Positions 51,741 to 64,000 of a stretch of 64,000 nt of DNA are shown here, one piece after another; the first letter of the stretch is position 1; each line of letters starts with the position of its first letter. The stretch is taken from positions 17,885-81,884 of the forward strand of contig JAPONS010000051.1 of NCBI GenBank assembly GCA_026713825.1, in the 5' to 3' direction. Source of the stretch: Chloroflexota bacterium. GTDB taxonomy: Bacteria; Chloroflexota; Dehalococcoidia; Lucifugimonadales; UBA1127. A program made the position numbers and the translations under genes. A model generated the notes under the pieces. The model had not been told where the DNA came from. It searched no databases and saw nothing but the letters and a program-made list of their open reading frames with translations.

Positions 51741-54700
51741 ATGACCCTAGCCACACCGTCCCGCCAGATAACTCCGACTGCCTCCAAGTCCTTCGCCAAC
51801 ATTTCCCGAGTCGTAGACGTCCCCAACCTGATTCAGACACAGATCGATTCGTTCAACTGGTTCAAGACAGAGGGCATCGCCGAACTACTCAAGGAAGTCT
51901 CGCCCATTGACGACTTCACCGGCAACCGGTTTGACTTGACGTTCCTGGACCACTCGTTTCGGGACCCCAAGTATGATATGAAGGTCTGCCGGGAGAAGGA
52001 GATCACTTACTGCGCGCCCCTCTATGTGACCGCGCAACTGACGGTGAAGGAGACCGGGGAGATCAAGGAACAGGAGATCTTCTTCGGCGACATCCCCATC
52101 ATGACACCCCACGGGACCTTCATCATCAACGGCGCAGAGCGTGTGGTGGTGAGCCAGTTGGTGCGCTCCCCCGGCGCCTACTTTACGGTGGAAGTCGACC
52201 CCTCCACTGGCCGAGGGGTCTGCTCCACAAAGATCATCCCCTACCGCGGCGCTTGGCTTGAGTTTGAGACGGGTGCGCGAGACCTGCTGTCTGTAAAGGT
52301 GGACCGCAAGCGCAAGGCCAACGTGACTACGCTCCTGCGCGCGCTCGGGTACGTCACCGATGAGGAGATGCACGAGCTCTTCGCTGATGTGGACACAAAC
52401 CCGGACCACCCGTACATCTCGGCGACTCTGGCCAAAGACCCTATCGACACGGACCGGACCGAGGGCTATCGCGAAGAGGAGTTGAAGCCGCTGTGGGAAT
52501 CAGTGCGCGGCTCGGACCCCTACGACCGCACGGGCGCCGCGACGATCGCGTTGGCGCGGCTCGAGTTTTACCGTCGGCTCCGTCCCGGCGAGCCCGCCAA
52601 CCTGGAGAACGCCAACAATCTGCTGGACAGCCTGTTCTTCAACCCGCGACGCTATGACCTCGGCAAGGTGGGCCGCTACAAGCTCAACCGCCGCCTGGGA
52701 CTGCCCGCGGACCGCGAGCAGCGCGTGCTGTCACGAGAGGACCTGGTGGCCGTCATCAAGGAGATGGTGCGCATTTCCAATGGCCAGGGCCGCGCTGACG
52801 ACATCGATCACCTAGGCAGCCGGCGAGTCCGCGCAGTGGGCGAGCTGATCCAGAACCAGCTGCGTGTCGGGATCCTGCGCATGGAGCGCGTCATCAAGGA
52901 ACGCATGACCATCATCGAGCCGGAAAATGTGACGCCCGCGGCATTGGTGAACATCCGGCCCGTCGTCGCAGCGGTGCGCGAGTTCTTCGGAGGCTCTCAG
53001 CTCTCCCAGTTTATGGACCAGACAAACCCCCTTGCTGAGTTGACGCACAAGCGGAGGCTCTCAGCGCTGGGCCCGGGCGGGCTATCGCGTGAGCGCGCGG
53101 GTTTCGAAGTCCGCGACGTCCACAACTCGCACTACGGCCGGATCTGTCCCATTGAGACACCGGAAGGGCCGAACATTGGCCTGTTGGGTTCATTGGCCAC
53201 TTACGGACACATCAATGAGTTCGGTTTCATTGAGACTCCGTACCGCGCAGTGTTTAAGCAACTGCTTTCCACGGACCCGGACCTAATAGGGCGGACGCTG
53301 TGGGAGGACATGAAGAGCGCCGAGGGCAAGAACATGGTCAAGGCAGGCAAGGCGCTTACGAAGAGGCAGTGGGAAACGCTGCAACAGCAGCCTGAAAGGC
53401 CGGTCCTGGTGCGCCCCTTCGTCACGATGCGGTCCGAGGACATCAAGCTAATGCCCGCCGACGACGAGGAGGTCCACGTCATTGCGCAGGCGAACATTCC
53501 CGTGGACAACAAGGGTCAGTTCATCCCGGACAAGGTTGAGACGCGAACAAACGCTCTCCCCGTCATTCAGCCGATTGAGGAGCTGGACCTGATGGACGTG
53601 TCCCCTATGCAGATCGTCAGCGTGTCCACGTCCCTCATTCCGTTCCTTGAGCACGACGATGCCAACAGGGCTCTCATGGGCTCCAACATGCAACGACAGG
53701 CTGTGCCCCTGTTGAAGCCGGAGGCGCCCCTGGTGGGCACCGGCATGGAACGGCGTGTGGCCCTGGACAGCGGGCAGGTGGTTCTGTCCGAAACAGAGGG
53801 CGTTGTCACCGGCGTCAGCGGGAATGAGGTCATCGTCCGCGACAAAGACGGCAACGACGTCATCTACCACCTTGTCAAGTTCCTGCGAAGCAACCAGAGC
53901 ACCTGTGTCAACCAGCGGCCGGTGGTGACAATGGGCCAGCGTGTGCGGGTCGGAGACCCGCTGGCGGACTCGTCATCCACCGACCAGGGTGACCTGGCGC
54001 TCGGGCACAATGTGTTGGTGGCCTTCATGAGCTGGGAGGGCTACAACTTTGAGGACGCCATCATCATCAGCGAGTCCCTAGTGCAGGACGACAAGTTCAC
54101 GTCGATCCACATCGAAAAGTACGAGTGTGAGGCCCGGCAGACCAAGCTGGGTGATGAGGACATCACCCGCGACATCCCCAACGTCGGCGAAGAGGCCCTC
54201 CGCGACCTCGACGAAGAGGGGGTCATCCGTGTTGGCGCAGAGGTGAGCCCTGGCGACATCCTTGTCGGCAAGATTACGCCAAAGGGTGAAACCGAGCTGA
54301 CGGCCGAGGAGAAGCTGCTGCGGGCCATCTTCGGTGAGAAGGCAAGGGACGTGAAGGACACCTCCCTCCGCGTGCCCCACGGCGAGCGCGGCAAGGTCAT
54401 CGACGTCCGCGTTTCAGACCGCAACAGCCGGGAGGAACTTTCGCCGGGCGTGAACCGGATGGTGCGCGTCTGGATTGCCCAGACTCGTAAGCTCACGGTG
54501 GGAGACAAGATGGCGGGACGCCACGGCAACAAGGGCGTTATCTCCCGCGTGCTCCCCGTGGAGGACATGCCTTACCTGGACAACGGTACGCCGGGGCAGA
54601 TCATCCTGAACCCCATCGGCGTGCCCTCCCGGATGAACTTAGGCCAAGTGCTTGAGACGCACTTGGGCTGGGTCGCCAACTTCCTGGGCTTCCGTGCCGT

Positions 54701-55631
54701 CAGTCCCGTGTTCGACGGCGCGACCGACACCGCCATTGAGGATGGTCTGGGCCGCGTGTGGCTCATCCAGACCTCCGGCGGCGTCGACTGGCACGACCCC
54801 GAGACGCCTGCGGTTATGTGGGACCACGTCTACGAGTGGATACGGGACCGTGGCTACGACCCCGACCGTCTCTTTGACGAGAAGGTCCAGGGTGAGGCCC
54901 GCAGGGTCTGCCTGGAGCTCTGGCTCAAGGAGGAGGCGGGGATCGACGCATCAAACCTGGAATACGCCGAGATGCAGCGCGAGGCGCAACGACTGAACCG
55001 CGAACGGAATTTGGCGCCGCCCATCCTCGGCAAGATGCTGCTACGCGACGGACGTACCGGCGAGCAGTTCGCACAGCCGGTCACCGTGGGCTACATCTAC
55101 ATGATGAAGCTCATCCACCTTGTGGAAGACAAGATCCACGCGCGCTCGACTGGCCCGTACTCGCTCATCACCCAGCAGCCTCTCGGCGGCAAGGCACAGT
55201 TCGGCGGACAGCGATTCGGCGAGATGGAGGTCTGGGCGCTGGAAGCATACAGCTTCGCGTACAACCTTCAGGAGATGCTCACGGTCAAGTCTGACGACGT
55301 GGTGGGCCGCCAGAAGACCTACGAAGCCATCGTAAAGGGCGAGGACGTCATCCACCCCGGCATTCCGGAATCGTTCCAGGTGCTCCTGAAGGAAATGCAG
55401 GCGCTGGGCCTGTCAATGGAGCTCCTCAGCGACGAGGAAGGCGCGTTCGACCTCGACGAGCCGCTGGCCCACCCGCCACTCGGGGACGTTTTGAGCGACG
55501 AGATCGATGACGATGACATTGCGGCGATTGTGGCCGAACTGCAGGCGCCCGCCCTCGAACCGACAGACACGGCGGAGGTGAGCGAGCCGGAGGTCTGGGA
55601 CGACGGCGAGCAAGAGAACCAGAACCCTTAG
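51741..55631 (+). CDS. rpoB: DNA-directed RNA polymerase subunit beta
   Basis: 1296 aa with canonical blocks ([40 protein letters not shown]). RBS GAAGGAG. Confidence 0.97.
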   Translation: MTLATPSRQITPTASKSFANISRVVDVPNLIQTQIDSFNWFKTEGIAELLKEVSPIDDFTGNRFDLTFLDHSFRDPKYDMKVCREKEITYCAPLYVTAQLTVKETGEIKEQEIFFGDIPIMTPHGTFIINGAERVVVSQLVRSPGAYFTVEVDPSTGRGVCSTKIIPYRGAWLEFETGARDLLSVKVDRKRKANVTTLLRALGYVTDEEMHELFADVDTNPDHPYISATLAKDPIDTDRTEGYREEELKPLWESVRGSDPYDRTGAATIALARLEFYRRLRPGEPANLENANNLLDSLFFNPRRYDLGKVGRYKLNRRLGLPADREQRVLSREDLVAVIKEMVRISNGQGRADDIDHLGSRRVRAVGELIQNQLRVGILRMERVIKERMTIIEPENVTPAALVNIRPVVAAVREFFGGSQLSQFMDQTNPLAELTHKRRLSALGPGGLSRERAGFEVRDVHNSHYGRICPIETPEGPNIGLLGSLATYGHINEFGFIETPYRAVFKQLLSTDPDLIGRTLWEDMKSAEGKNMVKAGKALTKRQWETLQQQPERPVLVRPFVTMRSEDIKLMPADDEEVHVIAQANIPVDNKGQFIPDKVETRTNALPVIQPIEELDLMDVSPMQIVSVSTSLIPFLEHDDANRALMGSNMQRQAVPLLKPEAPLVGTGMERRVALDSGQVVLSETEGVVTGVSGNEVIVRDKDGNDVIYHLVKFLRSNQSTCVNQRPVVTMGQRVRVGDPLADSSSTDQGDLALGHNVLVAFMSWEGYNFEDAIIISESLVQDDKFTSIHIEKYECEARQTKLGDEDITRDIPNVGEEALRDLDEEGVIRVGAEVSPGDILVGKITPKGETELTAEEKLLRAIFGEKARDVKDTSLRVPHGERGKVIDVRVSDRNSREELSPGVNRMVRVWIAQTRKLTVGDKMAGRHGNKGVISRVLPVEDMPYLDNGTPGQIILNPIGVPSRMNLGQVLETHLGWVANFLGFRAVSPVFDGATDTAIEDGLGRVWLIQTSGGVDWHDPETPAVMWDHVYEWIRDRGYDPDRLFDEKVQGEARRVCLELWLKEEAGIDASNLEYAEMQREAQRLNRERNLAPPILGKMLLRDGRTGEQFAQPVTVGYIYMMKLIHLVEDKIHARSTGPYSLITQQPLGGKAQFGGQRFGEMEVWALEAYSFAYNLQEMLTVKSDDVVGRQKTYEAIVKGEDVIHPGIPESFQVLLKEMQALGLSMELLSDEEGAFDLDEPLAHPPLGDVLSDEIDDDDIAAIVAELQAPALEPTDTAEVSEPEVWDDGEQENQNP

Positions 55632-55698
55632 CGGAGCGGCTATCCCCTGAAGCGCCCCGCACCTAATTTGGACGTCACAGTGAAGGGAGAGTGAGCGA

Positions 55699-59967
<4,269 letters not shown>

Positions 59968-60006
59968 CATGGCCTCGGTCAACTCCACAATCGGTTCGTG
60001 AGGAAA

Positions 60007-60035
60007 CCCGCCCACGGCGCAATGCCGTGGGCGGG
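60007..60035 (+). terminator. Hairpin after rpoC
   Basis: CCCGCCCACGGC (60007-60018), loop GCAAT, then GCCGTGGGCGGG (60024-60035). A 12-bp perfect stem with no U-tract. Confidence 0.5.
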
Positions 60036-60076
60036 CGTATGCGCCGCAAGCATCGCGGCCGGACAACGGAGGGCAC

Positions 60077-61078
60077 GTGCCTATCGTCTACATTGCAGGC
60101 GACGCGCCGGGAGTCGGTGTCACTGCAGCTGCCACGGGACTTGCATCTCACCTCGGTGGCGTGGTGACTCTCGCCAAGGCCGCCTCCTTCCGTTCTCCTG
60201 ACCCGGACGCCGCCTTTCACCGAGCGCTGCTTCCCCACGCCTCAGCCCCGGCAAGCTGGCCTGTTTCGCTCGAATCCGCCGATGACGTGGCTCGCTCGGT
60301 CACGCAGTTTGCGGGCGCTCCGGTGGCGGACGGCCTTGTCATTGTGGAGGGAGTAAGCGGGGCGGACAGCGCGTCAGATAGCCTGCGCGCAGATGTTGCC
60401 ATAGCGGACGCGCTCAACGCGCGAGTAGTGCTCGTGAGCAGCCCGGCGTCGGCGCAGCCGGCGAGGGCCGCCGAAGCCTACGGTGACAGGCTTGCCGGTG
60501 TGATCATCAACCACGTCCCGGTTCACGGGACGCACACGGCCCGGGCAGAGACCTCCACGGCTTTCGAGGAGCAAGGTGTTCCTGTCCTCGGCCTCGTGCC
60601 TGAGGACCGGCGCATGTTGGCGCCAACAGTGCGCAACGTCGCAGAGCACCTCGGCGCACACTGCATCAATCACGGCGACCTCGAAGATCCGGATGTGGCA
60701 TTGGACGCGCTCGTGGAGCACTTCATGCTGGGTGGCCTCTTCCTCGACACCGGCGTCTATGTCTTTGGCAGGCGCGAGGAGAAGGCGGTGATCGTAAGGG
60801 GCGACCGGCCGGACCTGCAGATGGCCGCGCTGGAGACGTCGACGGTGTGCCTGGTGCTGACCGAGGGCCGGCTGCCCGTGCAATACATCGTCCACCACGC
60901 CGATCTCAACCAGGTCCCAATGCTGCTCGTAGGCCGTCCCACGTTGGAGACAATGGAGGCTCTGCACAATGTCGGGGAGCGGGCCACCGTCCACAGCGCC
61001 CACAAGGCGCGGCGCTTTGGTCAGCTGCTCTCGGCGCATTGCGACCTCTCGCAGCTGACGGCGGCGTCGGCGGCCTAG
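60077..61078 (+). CDS. DRTGG-domain protein resembling the N-terminal (BioD-like + DRTGG) part of phosphotransacetylase
   Basis: GTG start behind GGAGGG. The N-terminus IAGDAPGVGVTAAATGL looks like a degenerate P-loop. The C-terminal VIVRGDRPDLQMAALETSTVCLVLTEG fits the DRTGG pattern. Confidence 0.5.
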   Translation: MPIVYIAGDAPGVGVTAAATGLASHLGGVVTLAKAASFRSPDPDAAFHRALLPHASAPASWPVSLESADDVARSVTQFAGAPVADGLVIVEGVSGADSASDSLRADVAIADALNARVVLVSSPASAQPARAAEAYGDRLAGVIINHVPVHGTHTARAETSTAFEEQGVPVLGLVPEDRRMLAPTVRNVAEHLGAHCINHGDLEDPDVALDALVEHFMLGGLFLDTGVYVFGRREEKAVIVRGDRPDLQMAALETSTVCLVLTEGRLPVQYIVHHADLNQVPMLLVGRPTLETMEALHNVGERATVHSAHKARRFGQLLSAHCDLSQLTAASAA

Positions 61079-61666
61079 TTACCCCTGCTGCGGCTCACGG
61101 ATGCAGCCCGTGATGTGGTCGTTGACCATGCCCGCAGCTTGCATGAAGGCATAGCAGATCACCGCCCCCGCGAACTTGACCCCCCGCCGTTTCAGGTCCG
61201 CCGCCATTGCGTCCGACTCATCTGATCGCGCAGGGGTGTTCTCCCACGTGAGCGCTCCTTGCCTGCGCAGCGTTCGGCGCCCGGTGAATCCCCAGATATA
61301 GGCATCGAACGTACCAAACTCCGCCTGAACTTCAAGAAAGCGCTTGGTGTTGTTGATGAATGCGTCTATCTTGAGTCGGTTGCGCACGATGCCGGGATTG
61401 GCCAGGAGCCGCTCCCGGTGGGCGTCGGTATAGGCAGCTATTTTGTCCGCGTCGAAACCATCGAAGGCGGCACGGTAGGCCTCGCGCTTGTGCAGGATGG
61501 TGCGCCAGGAGAGGCCCGCCTGCGCGCCGTCGAGCAGAAGGAACTCGAGAAGCTTCCTGTCGTCATGGAGGGGGACGCCCCACTCCTCGTCGTGGTAACG
61601 CATCATGAGCGGGTCGTCCGGTCCGCCAAAGCAGCGAACGACCCGCTCATCACCGGATTGTGTCAT
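61079..61666 (-). CDS. tag: DNA-3-methyladenine glycosylase I
   Basis: YHDEEWGVPLHDDRKLLEFLLLDGAQAGLSW and FMQAAGMVNDH motifs. I trimmed the start to ATG 61666, since the track ORF runs into osmC. Confidence 0.88.
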   Translation of the reverse strand: MTQSGDERVVRCFGGPDDPLMMRYHDEEWGVPLHDDRKLLEFLLLDGAQAGLSWRTILHKREAYRAAFDGFDADKIAAYTDAHRERLLANPGIVRNRLKIDAFINNTKRFLEVQAEFGTFDAYIWGFTGRRTLRRQGALTWENTPARSDESDAMAADLKRRGVKFAGAVICYAFMQAAGMVNDHITGCIREPQQG

Positions 61667-61676
61667 TGGGGAAGCG

Positions 61677-62117
61677 CTATTCCAAGGTGGCTTCGACGCT
61701 AAGCTCGACGTTGCCCTTGAGCGCCTGAGAAATTGGGCACCCGTCCTTGGCGGCCTCCGCAGTCTCCTGGAATGCCGATGCCTCGATGCCGTCAACCTGG
61801 CCACTGACCTTGAGTGCACTGGACACCACCTTGAAGCCCGCGTCCACACGGTCGAAGGTGACGGTAGCGCTGACTTCAAGCTTAGTGGGTGGGGTGCCGT
61901 TGAGGTTGAGCATGTGGGAAAAGGCCATTGCGTAGCAGCTCGCGTGGGCTGCGGCCACTAGCTCCTCCGGGCTCGTCTTGCCCTCAGGCCCTTCCGTGCG
62001 CGACGCCCATGTGACCGGCAGACCATTGACGGCGCTGCTGGTGACCTGATTGATTGTGCCGTTGCCCTCAGCCAAGTTGCCGTTCCAGGTTACTTGTGCC
62101 TCTCTGACCGCTGCCAT
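61677..62117 (-). CDS. osmC: OsmC-family peroxiredoxin
   Basis: TSPEELVAAAHASCYAMAF and AKDGCPISQAL carry the two conserved Cys residues. 146 aa. Confidence 0.85.
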   Translation of the reverse strand: MAAVREAQVTWNGNLAEGNGTINQVTSSAVNGLPVTWASRTEGPEGKTSPEELVAAAHASCYAMAFSHMLNLNGTPPTKLEVSATVTFDRVDAGFKVVSSALKVSGQVDGIEASAFQETAEAAKDGCPISQALKGNVELSVEATLE

Positions 62118-62389
62118 AAGTGAATCCTCCGTATGCTATTGCTGCTTGTTGACTCGGCGATGTGCACCGCACACGCCCACAGTTCGACCGCGGATTGCAT
62201 TTGCGGGGCTATGCCAACGTCATTATACCGCACCCGCAGCAACGCGAAAGCCAAGGAAACCCGCCGGCGGGTTCCTGTTGCATTTTGCGGGGCAGCGCTA
62301 CACCGCCCGCGCGCCGCTCTCTACTTTGCCATGCGGCCGGGGGCCTATCCCCTGCCCTGCTTTTCCGCGCCTCCTCGTAGCTGCGGGGG

Positions 62390-62720
62390 CTTCGGAATTG
62401 TTTTCAGATATCAATTCGTAGCTGTTAAGGATGTCCACAGCTACGAAAACGCACCCTCTATCTGGGAAACAATTCGTATCTGTAGCGGGCGGAAACGCGC
62501 GCCGGTTGGGGACTGTGCCGGCGCACTCTGTGCGTCCTGCTTTCGTCGTTCATGGCGAGAGGGTAGCGAGGGGGCTGGGCCGGGCGCAAGGGGGCCGTGT
62601 CATAGTGCGGTGGGGGTGGGAGCCAGAGTTGGGGCGTGGTTCGACAGGCTCACCACGAACGGGGCGGGGCTCAGGGCGAACGGGGAGGGGTTTTGTCCGT
62701 GGCAAGCCTGTCAGCGGCGC
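62390..62720. repeat. Block of REP/MITE-like GC-rich intergenic repeats, related to 34040-34560
   Basis: Inverted repeat TTCGTAGCTGT / ACAGCTACGAA. The unit TCATGGCGAGAGGGTAGCGAGGGGGCTGGG parallels 34449-34475. The segment GGTTCGACAGGCTCACCACGAACGG...CTCAGGGCGAACGG yields the spurious peptides FDRLTTNG / LRANG / VRQAHHER. Confidence 0.6.
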
Positions 62721-62843
62721 CAGCAGGCGGCGCCAACAATTGCCGATTTGTGGAAAGCGGAGTCCACCACTTAGAAGCAATCGCACGCGTTGGGATGTAT
62801 GCTTATCCCGCAAGCAGTCACCACTGTGATCGAGGCGAGTTTC

Positions 62844-64000
62844 ATGGCTGCCGACAGGAACACAGAAACCCTGCGCCGTATCGCCATTGTTGGTGGAGGG
62901 ATTTCCGGGCTTGGGGCCGCATGGGCGCTGAACCGCCATCCAGACCGGTTTGATTTCCGGCTATTTGAGGCACAGGGCAGGGTTGGCGGCAACGCTGTCA
63001 CGGTTGATATGCCCCAGGATGACGGCAGCTCAATCCCCTTTGACATTTCCGTCACCGCTCTTATTCCTTCGGTGTATCAGCACGTCCTCTTGTTGATGAA
63101 GCAATTCGACATCGAGATGGTCGACACCAGATTCAGCTACAGTGTGAAGTACCGCGGCCGCATCTACGCGCATGACTTTGACTCCGACATCAGGACCCAG
63201 TTGCAATTGGAGATAGCCAAGTTTCAGCGAGTGCTGAGGCGCCTGCGCAGGTTTGCCCCGCTGACCCACGCCAAGTCGAGGCTTGTAAACGCCCTCAATC
63301 CGTTCAATTACATCAGCATGGGGACGGTACTGAATCTGGCAGGATTCTCCGGGGACTTCAGGTACAAGATTCTGAAGCCCATGTTCGTCAACTTCCTGAT
63401 GGCGACCAACGTGTTCGACATGCCTGCATCCCTGTTTGCGAGGTATCTCGAGTTCTTTGACATCGAAACCGCTACGCCCATGCAAACATGGGACCAGGGC
63501 ACACGGCGCATCTACGAGAACCTGTCAGCCGGTTTCCAGGACAAGATCTATCTCAACCGCCCGGTCCAAAAGGTGTATCGAGAGAGGGCCGGCGTAGTGG
63601 TTGAGGACGAGGACGGAGTGCAGGAAAGGTTCGACGAGGTTATCTTCGCGTGCAATGCGAACCAGACGCTCATGGTCCTCGATAGCCCCACACTGCTGGA
63701 ACGCTACATCCTCTCCTCGGTTCGCTACGAAAGCGAGTTGCACAACCACACTATCGTGCACTCGGACCCCTCTGTGCTGCCGGACAATGAAGCGCGGCCG
63801 TTGCAGATGCGGAGCAATCACATCGAGCAATACGGCGCCAGGCCGGACAACTACGAAATCACGTACATCATGCACAACCAGCAGCCATGGGCCAACAGGT
63901 CTGACAAGCCCTGTCTGGTTACCTACAACCCCGTCAGCCAGATCGACGAAAAGAAGGTCATCGCCAGGTGGTGGTTTCAGCACATCGTGCATGACGTCCG
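62844..64000 (+). CDS. NAD(P)/FAD-dependent oxidoreductase (amine-oxidase-like), 3'-truncated by the window edge
   Basis: Absent from the ORF track because no stop falls in the window. ATG 62844 lies behind GAGG, and the frame is open to base 64000. N-terminal dinucleotide motif RIAIVGGGISGLGAAWAL...FEAQGRVGGN. Confidence 0.75.
   Translation, partial: MAADRNTETLRRIAIVGGGISGLGAAWALNRHPDRFDFRLFEAQGRVGGNAVTVDMPQDDGSSIPFDISVTALIPSVYQHVLLLMKQFDIEMVDTRFSYSVKYRGRIYAHDFDSDIRTQLQLEIAKFQRVLRRLRRFAPLTHAKSRLVNALNPFNYISMGTVLNLAGFSGDFRYKILKPMFVNFLMATNVFDMPASLFARYLEFFDIETATPMQTWDQGTRRIYENLSAGFQDKIYLNRPVQKVYRERAGVVVEDEDGVQERFDEVIFACNANQTLMVLDSPTLLERYILSSVRYESELHNHTIVHSDPSVLPDNEARPLQMRSNHIEQYGARPDNYEITYIMHNQQPWANRSDKPCLVTYNPVSQIDEKKVIARWWFQHIVHDV

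Noticed and set aside
61667-61879. N-terminal extension of the tag ORF (track ORF 61079..61879)
   Set aside because: The extension overlaps the osmC coding region in another frame and is R/S/P-rich. The conserved Tag sequence begins after the internal ATG at 61666.

Overview
High-GC bacterial chromosomal window, more than 60% GC by eye (not computed). It is densely coding, with two short AT-richer islands. All calls rest on motif recognition in the supplied ORF translations and on reading the DNA directly; no database search was possible. Gene content suggests a Chloroflexota-like (SAR202/Dehalococcoidia-type) organism, but this is a low-confidence guess. The supporting features are many phthalate-family Rieske oxygenases, Amidohydro_2 paralogs, lipoprotein solute-binding proteins and a long beta-prime insertion.

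Layout:
- 1-9815: an aromatic-catabolism cluster. It holds SDR genes, two amidohydrolases, two Rieske oxygenases, a LigB-type extradiol dioxygenase and an NrdH-like redoxin. An AT-rich insertion carrying an AIPR abortive-infection gene interrupts it.
- 9.9-16.3 kb: a strongly signalled small Gly-rich ORF, an aquaporin-ArsC arsenic module, several dehydrogenases, an AAC(3) homolog and a PEP-mutase/ICL-family gene.
- 16.8-27.9 kb: an ~11 kb minus-strand array. It runs Rieske alpha/small ORF/beta, a family-5 ABC importer, an aldo-keto reductase and two heme-oxygenase-like proteins.
- 28-42 kb: miscellaneous genes, then an HpaB-like monooxygenase divergent from a TPP enzyme followed by three tandem Rieske oxygenases.
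- 42-51 kb: nudC, then an AT-richer two-gene island (unknown 235-aa protein convergent with a long Fic protein), then polA, a DAHP synthase preceded by an attenuator-like leader, a coiled-coil protein, coaD and rsmD.
- 51.7-60 kb: rpoB-rpoC with their own consensus promoter.
- 60-64 kb: a DRTGG protein, tag, osmC, a REP-like repeat block and a 3'-truncated FAD oxidoreductase.

No rRNA, tRNA, CRISPR array or transposase was recognised.

Most interesting observations:
1. The Fic plus unknown-protein island, a candidate toxin/defence module.
2. An in-frame UGA exactly at the first Cys of the CxxC motif of the NrdH-like redoxin, followed by a SECIS-like hairpin. This makes it a candidate selenoprotein.
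3. A Tyr/Phe-rich leader peptide with terminator and anti-terminator pairings upstream of the DAHP synthase.
4. The standalone AIPR island.
5. A pair of heme-oxygenase-like proteins at the end of the transporter operon.
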